Shown: positions 54,911 through 64,000, counted from the stretch's first letter. The stretch: 64,000 bases of DNA from Clostridia bacterium (GCA_017463425.1 JAFTPE010000014.1:29325-93324), one strand, 5' to 3'. Numbers and translations: made by a program. Notes: generated by a model from the letters alone, not told the origin.

Positions 54911-56410
54911 ATGAAAGAGAAAAAAACGTTGCGATTTCGGCGTGAACAGAGAAAAAAGCCGCGCGGAAATTACAGAAAAAAGCAGAGCGCGACGAGTATT
55001 TATTTTTTAATCTGGGCGATTTTTACCGCTTTATCGGTGGTGATTTTGTTGGCTTTTGGATTTACGCAATACATTTTGATGATACGTACGTATAAGGAAG
55101 AAACTTCGCGAGAAGTCAGCGAGAAAGGACAGACGATTCGGCAGGCGGTGTTGGAAATGCCAGGCGACCACATATCGGGCAATTTTAGCGGTTATTTGAG
55201 GTTTTTGTCCACGACGTACGACGTTTCGGTGTTCGTATTGAACAAAAACGGAGAGGTATTATTTCCGTACGAGGACGTTGCGCCTGACGTGGACGGGTAT
55301 TTGGATTTTTCCGAAGATATGGAAAAAATGTTGGCGGAAATGGAGAAAAATAACAGTTCCGTCGTCGTGTATGAAAGCGGCAATTCGTATATACACGGTT
55401 CAAAAATTTCTTTTCGCGGAACGGCAGAGGCGTATTTGTACGTGGGCAAATCCATGGAATTGATGATGGCGGCGGCGTCGAAGATGGCGGTGCGAATGGC
55501 GTTGATTGCCGTGTTCGTGCTGATTTTGTCTTTCGCGGTGTCCAGCGCGGTGTCGGGGTGGTTGACCAAGCCCATTGCGGAAATGACGGAAAAAGCAAAG
55601 TTGTTGGCGCAAGGGGATTTTAACGTCGATTTCCACGGCGTGGATTACGGACAGGAAATGGTGGAATTGGCGGAAAAATTGAATTTTGCCAGGGACGAGC
55701 TGTCTAAAACAGACCGTATGCAAAAAGAATTGATAGCCAACGTATCGCACGATTTTAAAACTCCGTTGACCATGATTAAAGCGTACGCCGCAATGATTAT
55801 GGAAATTTCGGGGGATATCCCTGAAAAGAGGAACAAGCACGCGCAGGTGATTGTGGACGAGGCGGATAGGCTGACTTCGCTGGTGGGCGACGTATTGGAT
55901 TTGTCAAAGCTCAGTTCGGGGTTGGACAGTTTGAAGTTGCAAACGTTGGATATGTCGGCGTATACGGAAGAGGTTTTGGAACGGTTTGATTATTTGAAAG
56001 AAACGGGCGGATACCGTTTTGTAACGGATATTGACGAAGAATTATACACCCAAGCGGACGAATTAAAAATTGGGCAGGCGTTGTATAATCTGATTGGGAA
56101 CGCCGTCAATTATACGGGCGAGGACAAGACGGTGTTCGTTCGGCTGAAAAAAACGAATGAAACGAGTTTTTGTTTTTCCGTAACCGATACGGGCGCAGGG
56201 ATAAAGAACGAGGAGCTGGATACGGTGTGGGAGAGATACTACCGTTCGTCCGAGGCGCACAAACGTCCCGTGAAAGGTACGGGGCTGGGCTTGTCGATTG
56301 TAAAAGGCGTATTAAATCGGCACGGTTTTCAGTTTGGCGTAGAGAGCGAAGTGGGAAAAGGCAGTACGTTTTACGTGGTGTTCCCGTTGGTTGTCGGTGA
56401 GGAAAGATAA
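54911..56410 (+). CDS. Sensor histidine kinase (HAMP-HisKA-HATPase_c)
   Basis: Two TM helices flank a ~150-aa extracytoplasmic loop. HAMP domain, H-box ANVSHDFKTPLT, N box (LIGNAVNYT), G boxes (DTGAGI, GTGLGLSIV). ATG 54911 after AAGGA is preferred over TTG 54875. Confidence 0.9.
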   Translation: MKEKKTLRFRREQRKKPRGNYRKKQSATSIYFLIWAIFTALSVVILLAFGFTQYILMIRTYKEETSREVSEKGQTIRQAVLEMPGDHISGNFSGYLRFLSTTYDVSVFVLNKNGEVLFPYEDVAPDVDGYLDFSEDMEKMLAEMEKNNSSVVVYESGNSYIHGSKISFRGTAEAYLYVGKSMELMMAAASKMAVRMALIAVFVLILSFAVSSAVSGWLTKPIAEMTEKAKLLAQGDFNVDFHGVDYGQEMVELAEKLNFARDELSKTDRMQKELIANVSHDFKTPLTMIKAYAAMIMEISGDIPEKRNKHAQVIVDEADRLTSLVGDVLDLSKLSSGLDSLKLQTLDMSAYTEEVLERFDYLKETGGYRFVTDIDEELYTQADELKIGQALYNLIGNAVNYTGEDKTVFVRLKKTNETSFCFSVTDTGAGIKNEELDTVWERYYRSSEAHKRPVKGTGLGLSIVKGVLNRHGFQFGVESEVGKGSTFYVVFPLVVGEER

Positions 56411-56430
56411 GCAAAAACGCCTTGATATGC

Positions 56431-56459
56431 TTGACAAGCGCGATTGCGCGCGGTATAAT
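56431..56459 (+). promoter_or_regulatory. Consensus sigma-A promoter of the ECF S-component-like gene
   Basis: TTGACA, 17 nt GC-rich spacer containing CGCGATTGCGCG, TATAAT. Confidence 0.55.
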
Positions 56460-56524
56460 AAATGCAAGATTTTTATCACGTTGAAAGATTGATTTTTTAA
56501 ACTACGGAAAAAAGAGGTAGGCGT

Positions 56525-57217
56525 ATGAAAGAACAAGAGAGAGAAGGGTTGGCGGAAAGCGAACAATCGGCGAACGCAGGGCTGAGTTTGGCGGAGAATT
56601 TTGAAAAACACCCAATAAAAACTATGCCGTCGTCGGAAGAAAAGGCGGAGAAAAAAGCAAAGAAAATACAAGATATCAAAAAGCGGTTTTCTGCGAAGCG
56701 ATTGGCGTTGATGGCGATTTTTGTCGCGCTTAGTTTTTGCGTGAGTTTGTTGGAATTTCCCATTTTTCCTGCAACGCCCTTTTTAGAACTCGATTTCGGG
56801 AACGTGTTTATAATGCTGATAGGGTTTTTGTTAGGGCCTGTGGAGGGCGTACTCGTTTGCGCTGTAAAGGAATCGTTGAGCTTGCTCGGTCCTAATTCAA
56901 ATCCCGTTGGACAACTTGCCAATATCATTATGACTTCGGCGTATATTTTGTTGCCGTCCATTATTTATCGGAAATATAAAGGAATGGACGTGGCGCTGTT
57001 TTCCCTTGCAGGGGCGTGCGTAATCGCTACGACGGTGTCGCTTATGGTTAATCATATTCTGTTCCCTATGTATATGGGCGAGAGTGGCGAACAGCTGTTT
57101 TACGACGCGTTTTGGTTGATCGCATTGTTCAATATCATCAAGACGGTTTCCATTAGCGTTTTGACGGTGTTGTTGTATAAACGGTTGTCGAATTTTTTGA
57201 AAAAGATAAAAATTTAA
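56525..57217 (+). CDS. ECF-transporter S component-like membrane protein with a charged N-terminal extension
   Basis: Six hydrophobic helices with an ECF S-component-like pattern (ALSFCVSLLEFPIFPATPFLELDFGNVFIMLIGFLLGP). Substrate not inferable. A ~55-aa E/K-rich N-terminus precedes it. Confidence 0.6.
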   Translation: MKEQEREGLAESEQSANAGLSLAENFEKHPIKTMPSSEEKAEKKAKKIQDIKKRFSAKRLALMAIFVALSFCVSLLEFPIFPATPFLELDFGNVFIMLIGFLLGPVEGVLVCAVKESLSLLGPNSNPVGQLANIIMTSAYILLPSIIYRKYKGMDVALFSLAGACVIATTVSLMVNHILFPMYMGESGEQLFYDAFWLIALFNIIKTVSISVLTVLLYKRLSNFLKKIKI

Positions 57218-57237
57218 AAGACGAAAGGTTTGTGAAA

Positions 57238-57639
57238 ATGGCGGTATTTATTTCAAAATCCCGAGAGGAAACGGAGGCGTTTGCCACCGAATACGCAAAG
57301 ACGTTGCAAGGCGGCGACGTGGTTTTGCTCGACGGAGATATGGGCGCAGGGAAAACGGTGTTTTCCAAAGGCGTTGCCAAGGGATTGGGTATTAAGGAAG
57401 AAGTAACCAGCCCTACCTACGCGTATATGAACGATTATGACGGACGGCTGTTTCATTATGATTGTTATCGAATCGAATCGGTGGAACAGGCGGAAAATTT
57501 AGGGCTTGCGGATTATTTTGATATGGGCGGCGTTTGTCTTATCGAATGGGCGCAAAATATCGCGCCGTTGTTGCCAAAGCGCGTGAAACGGGTCGTGATT
57601 AGAAAAGTGGACGAAAACACGAGAGAAATAGAGTATTGA
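57238..57639 (+). CDS. tsaE: tRNA t6A37 biosynthesis ATPase TsaE
   Basis: GDMGAGKTVFSKG Walker A and SPTYAYMNDY motif. ATG 57238 is preferred on SD spacing; GTG 57232 is possible. Confidence 0.9.
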   Translation: MAVFISKSREETEAFATEYAKTLQGGDVVLLDGDMGAGKTVFSKGVAKGLGIKEEVTSPTYAYMNDYDGRLFHYDCYRIESVEQAENLGLADYFDMGGVCLIEWAQNIAPLLPKRVKRVVIRKVDENTREIEY

Positions 57640-57655
57640 AATCGGGAGAGTATCT

Positions 57656-58291
57656 ATGAAAAATTTTCTGGCGATAGATACGAGTTGTAATTATTTGACC
57701 GTGGTTGCGGTGAAAGACGGGCAAACGTTTTCCACGTTTTTGCCCGATTGCGCTATGAAACATTCGGTTTCGGTGATGGGCGCGGTGGACGAAACGTTGC
57801 AAAAGGCAGATATGACTTTGTCGGATTGTGATTTTTTTGCGGCGGTAGTCGGCGCTGGGTCGTTTACGGGGATTCGTATCGGAATTTCCGTTGTGAAAGG
57901 GTTTTGCCTTGCTTTTCAAAAGCCGTCTTTGTCGGTAACTTCTTTTGACGTTGCTGCATATAATGCGATAGATACGGAAAAGAAAAAAGCGTTGTGTCTT
58001 GTGGACGCAATGCACGATTGTTATTACGCTTGCGGATACGACGGGAAAAAAGTGGCGTTGTCGCCAACCTATCTTTCGGAAGAAGAAGTGTTGGCTTTGT
58101 CAGAAGAATACGCCTTGTTTTCTTGCGCGCAGTTGCCGATTGAAAAAAAAGCAAAGGTTGCAATCGTAGACCCTGTTGTGGGCTTGAAAAACGCTGCGAG
58201 CGCGCTTGGGGAAAAGGGCGCGTTTGGGGATTTGGAGGCGTTGTACGTAAGAAAGAGTTCGGCTGATCTGAACAGGGCAGGCAACGAATGA
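57656..58291 (+). CDS. tsaB: tRNA t6A37 biosynthesis protein TsaB
   Basis: LAIDTS.., GAGSFTGIRIG motif; 211 aa. Confidence 0.9.
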   Translation: MKNFLAIDTSCNYLTVVAVKDGQTFSTFLPDCAMKHSVSVMGAVDETLQKADMTLSDCDFFAAVVGAGSFTGIRIGISVVKGFCLAFQKPSLSVTSFDVAAYNAIDTEKKKALCLVDAMHDCYYACGYDGKKVALSPTYLSEEEVLALSEEYALFSCAQLPIEKKAKVAIVDPVVGLKNAASALGEKGAFGDLEALYVRKSSADLNRAGNE

Positions 58292-58722
58292 ACGTACGAA
58301 AATGGACGATAGACGATTTGCGCGCGATAGCGGCGATAGAAAAGGCGTGCTTTGCCGAGCCGTGGTCGGAAGAAACTCTTCGCGACGCATTTGCAAGGGG
58401 GAATTACTTTGCGCTTGTTTTGGAAACGGAGGGGAAAACCGTCGGGTACGCTTGCGGAACGACGTTGTTTGAAATTGCGGAATTGCCACGGATTGCGGTG
58501 TTGAAAGAATACCGCGGAAAGGGCTTGGGCGGCGCGCTTATGGAACGATTTTTTGAAACCGTGAAAGAACGCGGCGCAGAGCGTATATTTTTGGAAGTAC
58601 GCGTATCCAATGCATCGGCAATCGGGTTATACGTTTCGCGTGGGTTTGAAAAGACGCGCGTGAGGAAGAAATATTATGGGGACGGCGAGGACGCCGTGGA
58701 AATGAAAAAAGAATTGTCGTAA
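58288..58722 (+). CDS. rimI: Ribosomal-protein-alanine N-acetyltransferase RimI
   Basis: GNAT motif A (RIAVLKEYRGKGLGGALM). ATGA overlap with tsaB. Conserved tsaE-tsaB-rimI order. Confidence 0.88.
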   Translation: MNVRKWTIDDLRAIAAIEKACFAEPWSEETLRDAFARGNYFALVLETEGKTVGYACGTTLFEIAELPRIAVLKEYRGKGLGGALMERFFETVKERGAERIFLEVRVSNASAIGLYVSRGFEKTRVRKKYYGDGEDAVEMKKELS

Positions 58723-58795
58723 AGAAAAGGAGGATACGGGCGCGAGAGTCGATAAAAACGAGGTTGCGTTTATACAAAAGGGGCGTGGGAAAGAT

Positions 58796-59458
58796 TTGGT
58801 GTTTTTGCACGGATACCTTTCCTCGAAAGAGGCGTTTACGGCGCAAGTGGAATATTTTTCCCGCTTTTATCGGGTTACGGCGTTTGATTTTTTGGGATTT
58901 GGCGACAGCGGACGGTTGATAAATGCGTTTTCCGTGGACGATTACGCTGAATGGACGAAAGCCGTATTTTCCTTATTAAATATACAAAAACCGCATATCG
59001 TGGCGCATTCGTTTGGTTGCCGAGTAGCGGTAAAATTGGCGAGTCGTAATCCTGATGCGGTGGATAAATTGTTGCTGACCGGTCCTGCTGGGGTTATTTT
59101 TAAACGTGGCTTGTCCTATAAAGTCAAAGTGGGAACGTATCGTTTGGTAAAGAAAATCGCGCCGGCATTTGCGGAAAAACGGTTCGGCAGCGCGGAATAT
59201 CGAACGTTGTCCTCCGTGATGAAAGAGAGCTATAAAAAAATAGTCAACGAGGATTTGCGAAATTGCGCGAAAAAGATTGAAAACCGCGTATTGATAGTGG
59301 AAGGTACGGAAGATACGACGACGCCTTTAAAAGAGGCGAGGGCGTATTTGGATTGTTTTAAGAATGGGGAACTGAAAACGATAGAAGGCGGACATTTTGC
59401 TTTTGTTCAAAATCCTTTGTCGTTCAATTTGATAGCTGAGGAATTTTTTTATGAATGA
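58796..59458 (+). CDS. Alpha/beta-fold hydrolase (true N-terminus probably upstream of the first canonical start codon)
   Basis: Oxyanion motif VFLHG, nucleophile elbow AHSFG, C-terminal GGHF. The in-frame upstream sequence (..NEVAFIQKGRGKD) still looks like part of the fold but contains no ATG/GTG/TTG. Confidence 0.75.
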   Translation: MVFLHGYLSSKEAFTAQVEYFSRFYRVTAFDFLGFGDSGRLINAFSVDDYAEWTKAVFSLLNIQKPHIVAHSFGCRVAVKLASRNPDAVDKLLLTGPAGVIFKRGLSYKVKVGTYRLVKKIAPAFAEKRFGSAEYRTLSSVMKESYKKIVNEDLRNCAKKIENRVLIVEGTEDTTTPLKEARAYLDCFKNGELKTIEGGHFAFVQNPLSFNLIAEEFFYE

Positions 59459-61055
59459 CGTAATGATACGTATCGTTGCCTGTGTGGTGTGCGCTTGCGT
59501 TTTTGCCGTTTCGACGGTGAAATCGGTGGGGGCAATGCAACAGGGCGGTTATAAAAACGGCGCGTTTTTGAGATGGCTCAAACGTAAAGAGAATATGTAT
59601 TATAATCGGCTGTGCGTTTTATCGCTCTGCCTTGTTTTAGCGACGAGCGTTACCGCGCTGTGTTTTTCCTTTCTCGGCACGAGAATTGCGCTGAGCGTAT
59701 CGGCGTTTCCTTTTTTTGGTTTGACGCTTTTATATACGTATTCGGACGGGAAATACGCATTGAAAGTGCCGTTTAAGAAAACGGGCAGATTTTGTCGGTT
59801 GTTTGCCGTGTATTGGCTGATGATTGCGTGTGTGGCGTATATCCTGATTGCGGCGTTGTGGTTTTTGTCGGAATGGAACGGCTCGACGTTGTACGCCTTA
59901 ATTGCGTACGCGCCCTTTGCGATAATGCCTTTGTTGTTGCCCTATTTGCTGTGTTTGGCAAATGCGGTGGAAGGGATTTTTGAAAACGCAAGGAATAAAA
60001 AATTCGTTCTTCGCGCAGGGCAAACGTTGGAAAAGAGTGAAATTATCCGAGTCGGAATCGTCGGGAGCTTTGGAAAAACTTCCGTTAAAAATATTTTAAA
60101 GACGATACTTAGTGAAAAATATTCGGTGGTGGAAACGCCGGAATCGTACAATACGCCGATTGGAATTGCCAAGACGGTATTTTCTCCTGAATTTGAAAAC
60201 AAGCAAGTATTTATTGCGGAAATGGGGGCGAGAAAAAGTGGGGATATTTCTACGCTCCGCGATTTGGTAAAACCCGATTACGTCGTGTTTACGGGCGTTT
60301 GTGAACAGCATATTGCTACGTTCGGTTCGATTGAAAACGTTTGGGCGGAAAAGAAAGAAATTTTACACGGCAATTTCAAAGCCGCCGTGCTTGGTGAGGA
60401 TTTGAAAACGTTTGCTGGCGGCGAATTTGACGACGAAAGCCGTATCGTTTTTGCAAAGAAAGATTGTATAAAAGAAGCGCGGTATTTGCCGACGAAAACG
60501 GTGTTTTCGTTGGTGATTGACGGGGCGGAAATTCCCGTGGAAACGGCGTTGCTTGGTGAGGTGGCGGTGGAAAATATTCAGCTTGCGGCGACGCTTGCCA
60601 GCAAGATGGGGTTGACGGCTGCCGAGATTGCGCGCGGGATTGAAAAATTGAAACCTGTGCCGCATAGATTGCAGTTGCTTAAAAACGGCGGTGTGTATAT
60701 TTTGGACGACGGATATAACTGTAATCCGCGCGGAGCGAAACAGGCGCTGCTTGCGCTCGGACGGTTTGAGGGCAGAAAATGCGTGGTTACGCCCGGTATC
60801 GTGGAATGTGGCGTTTTGGAAGAAAGTGAAAATCAAACGCTTGGAAAAGAGATTGCGGCTCTTGCGCCCGATAAAGTAATTTTGGTTGGAAATACGTTGG
60901 TTGGCGCGGTGAAATCAGGGTATGCGGACGCAAACGGAGATATGGAAAAACTGACGGTAGTAAAGACGTTAACTGCCGCGCAGGAGATTTTATCTGATTG
61001 GTTGCTTGCAGGGGATTGCGTCTTGTTTTTGAACGATTTGCCCGACGTTTATTGA
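59451..61055 (+). CDS. murF: MurF-like UDP-MurNAc-tripeptide--D-Ala-D-Ala ligase with an N-terminal polytopic membrane domain
   Basis: Residues ~200-534 carry the Mur ligase central domain (GIVGSFGKTS) and C-domain (DDGYNCNP; HR motif PHRLQ). Residues 1-190 contain about five hydrophobic helices instead of the usual MurF N-domain. Adjacent to ddl. Confidence 0.75.
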   Translation: MNDVMIRIVACVVCACVFAVSTVKSVGAMQQGGYKNGAFLRWLKRKENMYYNRLCVLSLCLVLATSVTALCFSFLGTRIALSVSAFPFFGLTLLYTYSDGKYALKVPFKKTGRFCRLFAVYWLMIACVAYILIAALWFLSEWNGSTLYALIAYAPFAIMPLLLPYLLCLANAVEGIFENARNKKFVLRAGQTLEKSEIIRVGIVGSFGKTSVKNILKTILSEKYSVVETPESYNTPIGIAKTVFSPEFENKQVFIAEMGARKSGDISTLRDLVKPDYVVFTGVCEQHIATFGSIENVWAEKKEILHGNFKAAVLGEDLKTFAGGEFDDESRIVFAKKDCIKEARYLPTKTVFSLVIDGAEIPVETALLGEVAVENIQLAATLASKMGLTAAEIARGIEKLKPVPHRLQLLKNGGVYILDDGYNCNPRGAKQALLALGRFEGRKCVVTPGIVECGVLEESENQTLGKEIAALAPDKVILVGNTLVGAVKSGYADANGDMEKLTVVKTLTAAQEILSDWLLAGDCVLFLNDLPDVY

Positions 61056-61113
61056 TGAAGATTGTTGCGAAAGAAACACCAAAGCAAAGAAAATTTGCGG
61101 AGGTGTTTTTTGT

Positions 61114-62247
61114 ATGCGGAACGTGGCTGTGTTTTTTGGCGGTAAGTCGTGCGAGAACGAGATTTCTGTATTAACGGGGGTGTTCGTACTCAATTTATTG
61201 GATAGGGAAAAATACGTGCCGTTGCCTGTCTATATACATACGGACGGGACAATGTACACGTCGAAAAAGATGACGGATTTGGACGTTTTTAGGAAAAACA
61301 AATACGAAAATTTTCAAAAAATTTTCTTTGATGGGGCTACCGTGTACGAAATGAAGGAGAAAAAAGGCAAAATTAAAAGGCTGTTAAACGTGGACGTTGC
61401 CCTTAATTGTTGCCACGGCGGATTGGGCGAGGGCGGCGGCGTATCAGCAATGATGGAATGGTGTGGCGTGCCGTTTGCCTCGCCTGATTTGACAGGGTCG
61501 GGTGTGTTTATGGATAAGGGAATGACAAAGCTCGTGATGCGCGCGCTGAATATACCGACGTTGGAATATATTCGCGTCAACGAACGCGATTACGAAAAAC
61601 GGGGCGCGTTTTTGTTAAAGACGATTGACGCGCGATTGAAATATCCCGTTGTTATCAAGCCTGCGCATTTAGGATCGTCTATCGGTATTGCGGTGGCGAA
61701 AAACGATTTGGAGGCAAAACGAGCGATTGAAGATGCGTTTGCGCTGGATAATCGAGTGATTATCGAACGGTATTTGGAAGAAAAACAGGACGTAAATTGC
61801 GCGGCGTATATACTGAACGGGGAAATTTGTGTTTCCGAACCCGAGGCGGCGTTTGGAAACGGTTTGTATACGTTTGAAGAAAAATACGTAAAAAGACAAT
61901 CGGACAGGGGCGTGTTGGCAGGTGGAAAAATGCAAAACGAGGGGGGCAGGGTTTTGTTGAGCGGAGAATTGCGCGAAAAAATACGCTCGTATACCAAAAC
62001 GATTTACAAACGTATGAATTTGCAGGGCGTGGTGCGAATGGATTATTTAATCAGCGAAGGGAAAGCCTATCTTTGCGAGGTGAATACCGTACCGGGGTCG
62101 CTTGCGTATTACTTGTTTTGTGAAAGAATCGTAGACGCTAGAAGATTTTTCTCCGATTTGATTGAGGAGGCAATGTCAAGCGCGGAAAAAGGGAAACGGG
62201 TATTGGCAACGGGGATTTTAAAAAGCGTGTCGTGGAATAGAAAATAA
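61114..62247 (+). CDS. ddl: D-alanine--D-alanine ligase
   Basis: VFFGGKSCENEISVLTG N-terminus, ATP-grasp core, C-terminal EVNTVPGS motif. Confidence 0.93.
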   Translation: MRNVAVFFGGKSCENEISVLTGVFVLNLLDREKYVPLPVYIHTDGTMYTSKKMTDLDVFRKNKYENFQKIFFDGATVYEMKEKKGKIKRLLNVDVALNCCHGGLGEGGGVSAMMEWCGVPFASPDLTGSGVFMDKGMTKLVMRALNIPTLEYIRVNERDYEKRGAFLLKTIDARLKYPVVIKPAHLGSSIGIAVAKNDLEAKRAIEDAFALDNRVIIERYLEEKQDVNCAAYILNGEICVSEPEAAFGNGLYTFEEKYVKRQSDRGVLAGGKMQNEGGRVLLSGELREKIRSYTKTIYKRMNLQGVVRMDYLISEGKAYLCEVNTVPGSLAYYLFCERIVDARRFFSDLIEEAMSSAEKGKRVLATGILKSVSWNRK

Positions 62248-62269
62248 TTTTTTAGTTATCAAAAGTTTA

Positions 62270-62300
62270 CCGCCTTTCCGCTTTGGGAGGGCGGATTTTT
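62270..62300 (+). terminator. Terminator after ddl
   Basis: CCGCC..GGCGG-based hairpin followed by ATTTTT. Confidence 0.5.
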
Positions 62301-62351
62301 ATCGGAAGGGAGAAAAAGACAAAAATTTTTTCTATGGCAAGGCGTAATTCA

Positions 62352-62380
62352 TTGATTTTTTATCTTGGTTTTGATATACT
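62352..62380 (+). promoter_or_regulatory. Sigma-A promoter of obg
   Basis: TTGATT, 17 nt spacer, TATACT. Confidence 0.5.
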
Positions 62381-62428
62381 GTTAAAGGAAATTATTATGC
62401 AAAAGGATAAAGTAAGGACAGATTTGGT

Positions 62429-63709
62429 ATGGCGACGAGTGAATTTACCGATAAAGTACGAATACTCATTAAGGCAGGCGACGGCGGCGACGGAATGAAT
62501 TCGTTTAAGGCGTTTAAAGGCAAGCCTGCGTGCGGACCCGACGGTGGCGACGGCGGAAAGGGCGGAAACGTGTATTTCGTCGGCGATAAGGATATGAACG
62601 ATTTGTTTTCATTCCGTTTTCAATCTCGGTTTTTTGCGGAAAACGGCGCGGTGGGCGGTACGAATAAATGCTTTGGGAAAAGCGGTGAAAACGTATATAT
62701 CAAAGTGCCTTTGGGGACTTTGGTGCGCGACGAGGAATCGGGTAGGTTGATTTGCGACGTGTTCGAGGACGGACAAGAAGTGTTGGTTGCGCGCGGCGGT
62801 AACGGGGGAAAAGGCAACGTGCGGTTTACGACGGCGCGCAGACACGCGCCCAATTTCGCGCAGAAAGGTGAAAAAGTTAAACAACATTACGTGATTTTGG
62901 AATTGAAAGTGATAGCGGACGTGGGGTTCGTTGGTTTCCCGAACGTGGGGAAAAGTACCCTTCTTAGTAAAATTTCCGCGGCGAAGCCGAAGATTGCCAA
63001 CTATCATTTCACGACGCTTTCGCCCAACCTTGGCGTAGTGCGGTATTATGAAAAATCTTTCGTGGCGGCGGATATTCCGGGATTGATTGAGGGCGCGGCG
63101 CAGGGTGCAGGGCTGGGCCACGATTTTTTACGGCATATCGAACGTACGCGAATGCTTTGCCACGTAGTGGATATTTCGGGGTGCGAGGGGCGCGACCCGA
63201 TTGAGGATTTTAAAAAAATTAACGACGAATTGAAAGAATTTTCCACCGAGCTTGCAAAATTGCCCCAAATTGTGGTTTGTAACAAATGCGATATTTACGG
63301 CGCGGAAGAGAATTTGAAAGCGTTTAAGAAAAAATTTGGCAGAAAATATAAAATTTTTCCGATTACTGCGCTTTCGGGCGAAGGAACGAGAGAGTTAATC
63401 GAGGGGATTTTCGAGGTGCTTGCGACGTTGCCGCCCGTAGAACCCGTACGTCCAGACGAAGTGTTTGAATACAAGGCAGACGACGATTTGAGCTTTGAAA
63501 TTTTCAAAGACGACGACGGCGTATACGTTGTGGTTGGGGGATTAATTGATATGTTGTGTCGCAACGTTGTTTTGAATAATCCCGATTCAATGCAATATTT
63601 CCAAAAGGTGTTGCGGCTTCGCGGCGTTATCAAAGAATTGTCGAAAATGGGTTGTCAAGAGGGCGATACCGTGTCGATAGGCGAAGTCGAATTCGATTTC
63701 ATACCCTAA
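62429..63709 (+). CDS. obg: GTPase Obg/CgtA
   Basis: Gly-rich Obg fold (GDGGDG..GGDGGKGG), G1 GFPNVGKST, G3 DIPGLIEGA, G4 NKCD, C-terminal OCT/TGS-like domain. Confidence 0.95.
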   Translation: MATSEFTDKVRILIKAGDGGDGMNSFKAFKGKPACGPDGGDGGKGGNVYFVGDKDMNDLFSFRFQSRFFAENGAVGGTNKCFGKSGENVYIKVPLGTLVRDEESGRLICDVFEDGQEVLVARGGNGGKGNVRFTTARRHAPNFAQKGEKVKQHYVILELKVIADVGFVGFPNVGKSTLLSKISAAKPKIANYHFTTLSPNLGVVRYYEKSFVAADIPGLIEGAAQGAGLGHDFLRHIERTRMLCHVVDISGCEGRDPIEDFKKINDELKEFSTELAKLPQIVVCNKCDIYGAEENLKAFKKKFGRKYKIFPITALSGEGTRELIEGIFEVLATLPPVEPVRPDEVFEYKADDDLSFEIFKDDDGVYVVVGGLIDMLCRNVVLNNPDSMQYFQKVLRLRGVIKELSKMGCQEGDTVSIGEVEFDFIP

Positions 63710-63713
63710 AACG

Positions 63714-63751
63714 GCGTATATACTTCGCAATACTTTGTCAGGTTTGCGTTT
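63714..63751 (+). repeat. Stop-proximal box GCGTATATACTTCGCAATACTTTGTC (copy after obg)
   Basis: 26/26 identical to 43105-43130. Starts 4 nt after the obg TAA. The CGCAA..TTGCG hairpin is conserved in both copies. Confidence 0.7.
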
Positions 63752-63804
63752 GGCGAGGGCGATACAACGCATAAAAACAAAAATCAAGAAAAGAGGATTA
63801 AACA

Positions 63805-64000
63805 ATGATAGTAACCAATGAAAATATTACCAGTAAACAAAGGAGTAAATTGCGTTCGATTGCGGCGAATCTTTCTCCGATAACCCAAATTGGGAAAGGT
63901 GGTATTACCGACAATTTATTAAAAACTTTGTCCGACGCGCTTGACGCGCGTGAACTCATAAAAGTTAACATTTTAGAAACGGCGGACGAGGACGTGAGAA
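63805..64000 (+). CDS. yhbY: YhbY-family (CRM domain) RNA-binding protein, 5' part (runs off the window)
   Basis: MIVTNENITSKQRSKLRSIAANLSPITQIGKGGITDNLLKTLSDALDARELIKVNIL matches the YhbY pattern (LTxKQRxxLRxxAHxLxPxVxIGKxGxT). Conserved obg-yhbY order. Confidence 0.85.
   Translation, partial: MIVTNENITSKQRSKLRSIAANLSPITQIGKGGITDNLLKTLSDALDARELIKVNILETADEDVR

Noticed and set aside
56460-56524. Vitamin riboswitch upstream of the ECF S-component-like gene
   Set aside because: The leader is only ~65 nt from the -10 to the ATG, and no conserved riboswitch core (FMN, THF, TPP) is recognisable.

Overview
This window is a chromosomal segment of an endospore-forming Bacillota (Clostridia-like) organism. 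That call rests on spoIIGA-sigE-sigG, a YlmC/YmxH sporulation protein and a SCIFF peptide/maturase pair. Everything here comes from reading the sequence and recalling family motifs; no database search or computation was run.

I call about 57 CDS, nearly all conserved housekeeping genes:
- Transport and secretion: a heterodimeric ABC exporter, an amino-acid ABC importer, tgt-yajC-(SCIFF)-secD-secF.
- Nucleic-acid and translation functions: recJ-relA, rpsO-pnp, mnmG, dnaA, recF, asnS, trmD, rbgA-rnhB-yraN, tsaE-tsaB-rimI, obg-yhbY.
- Envelope and division: plsX-rnc-smc-ftsY, murF-ddl.
- Regulation: an OmpR/HK two-component pair.

I saw no rRNA, tRNA, CRISPR array, transposase or integrase.

Accessory, AT-rich insertions are small:
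- two paralogous Cys-repeat/LRR lipoproteins
- a tandem-HTH XRE regulator with a divergent 65-aa orphan ORF
- a single T5orf172/DUF4357 gene sitting where rplS is expected
- an orphan charged protein behind a long structured leader

Most interesting unexplained signals:
1. A composite hairpin-repeat family at five intergenic loci. Two copies deliver identical consensus sigma-A promoters.
2. A conserved ~20-nt box (GGGGCAGGTATGCGTTGAAYG) and its strongly strand-biased core octamer GGGCAGGT. They recur just after stop codons and inside coding sequence in all three reading frames.
3. A 26-nt identical box placed exactly 4 nt after the smc and obg stop codons.
4. A non-canonical dnaA neighbourhood: dnaA co-transcribed with mnmG and divergent from recF, with no dnaN.
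5. A MurF whose N-terminal domain is replaced by a polytopic membrane domain.
6. A SCIFF precursor gene too short to appear in the ORF track.
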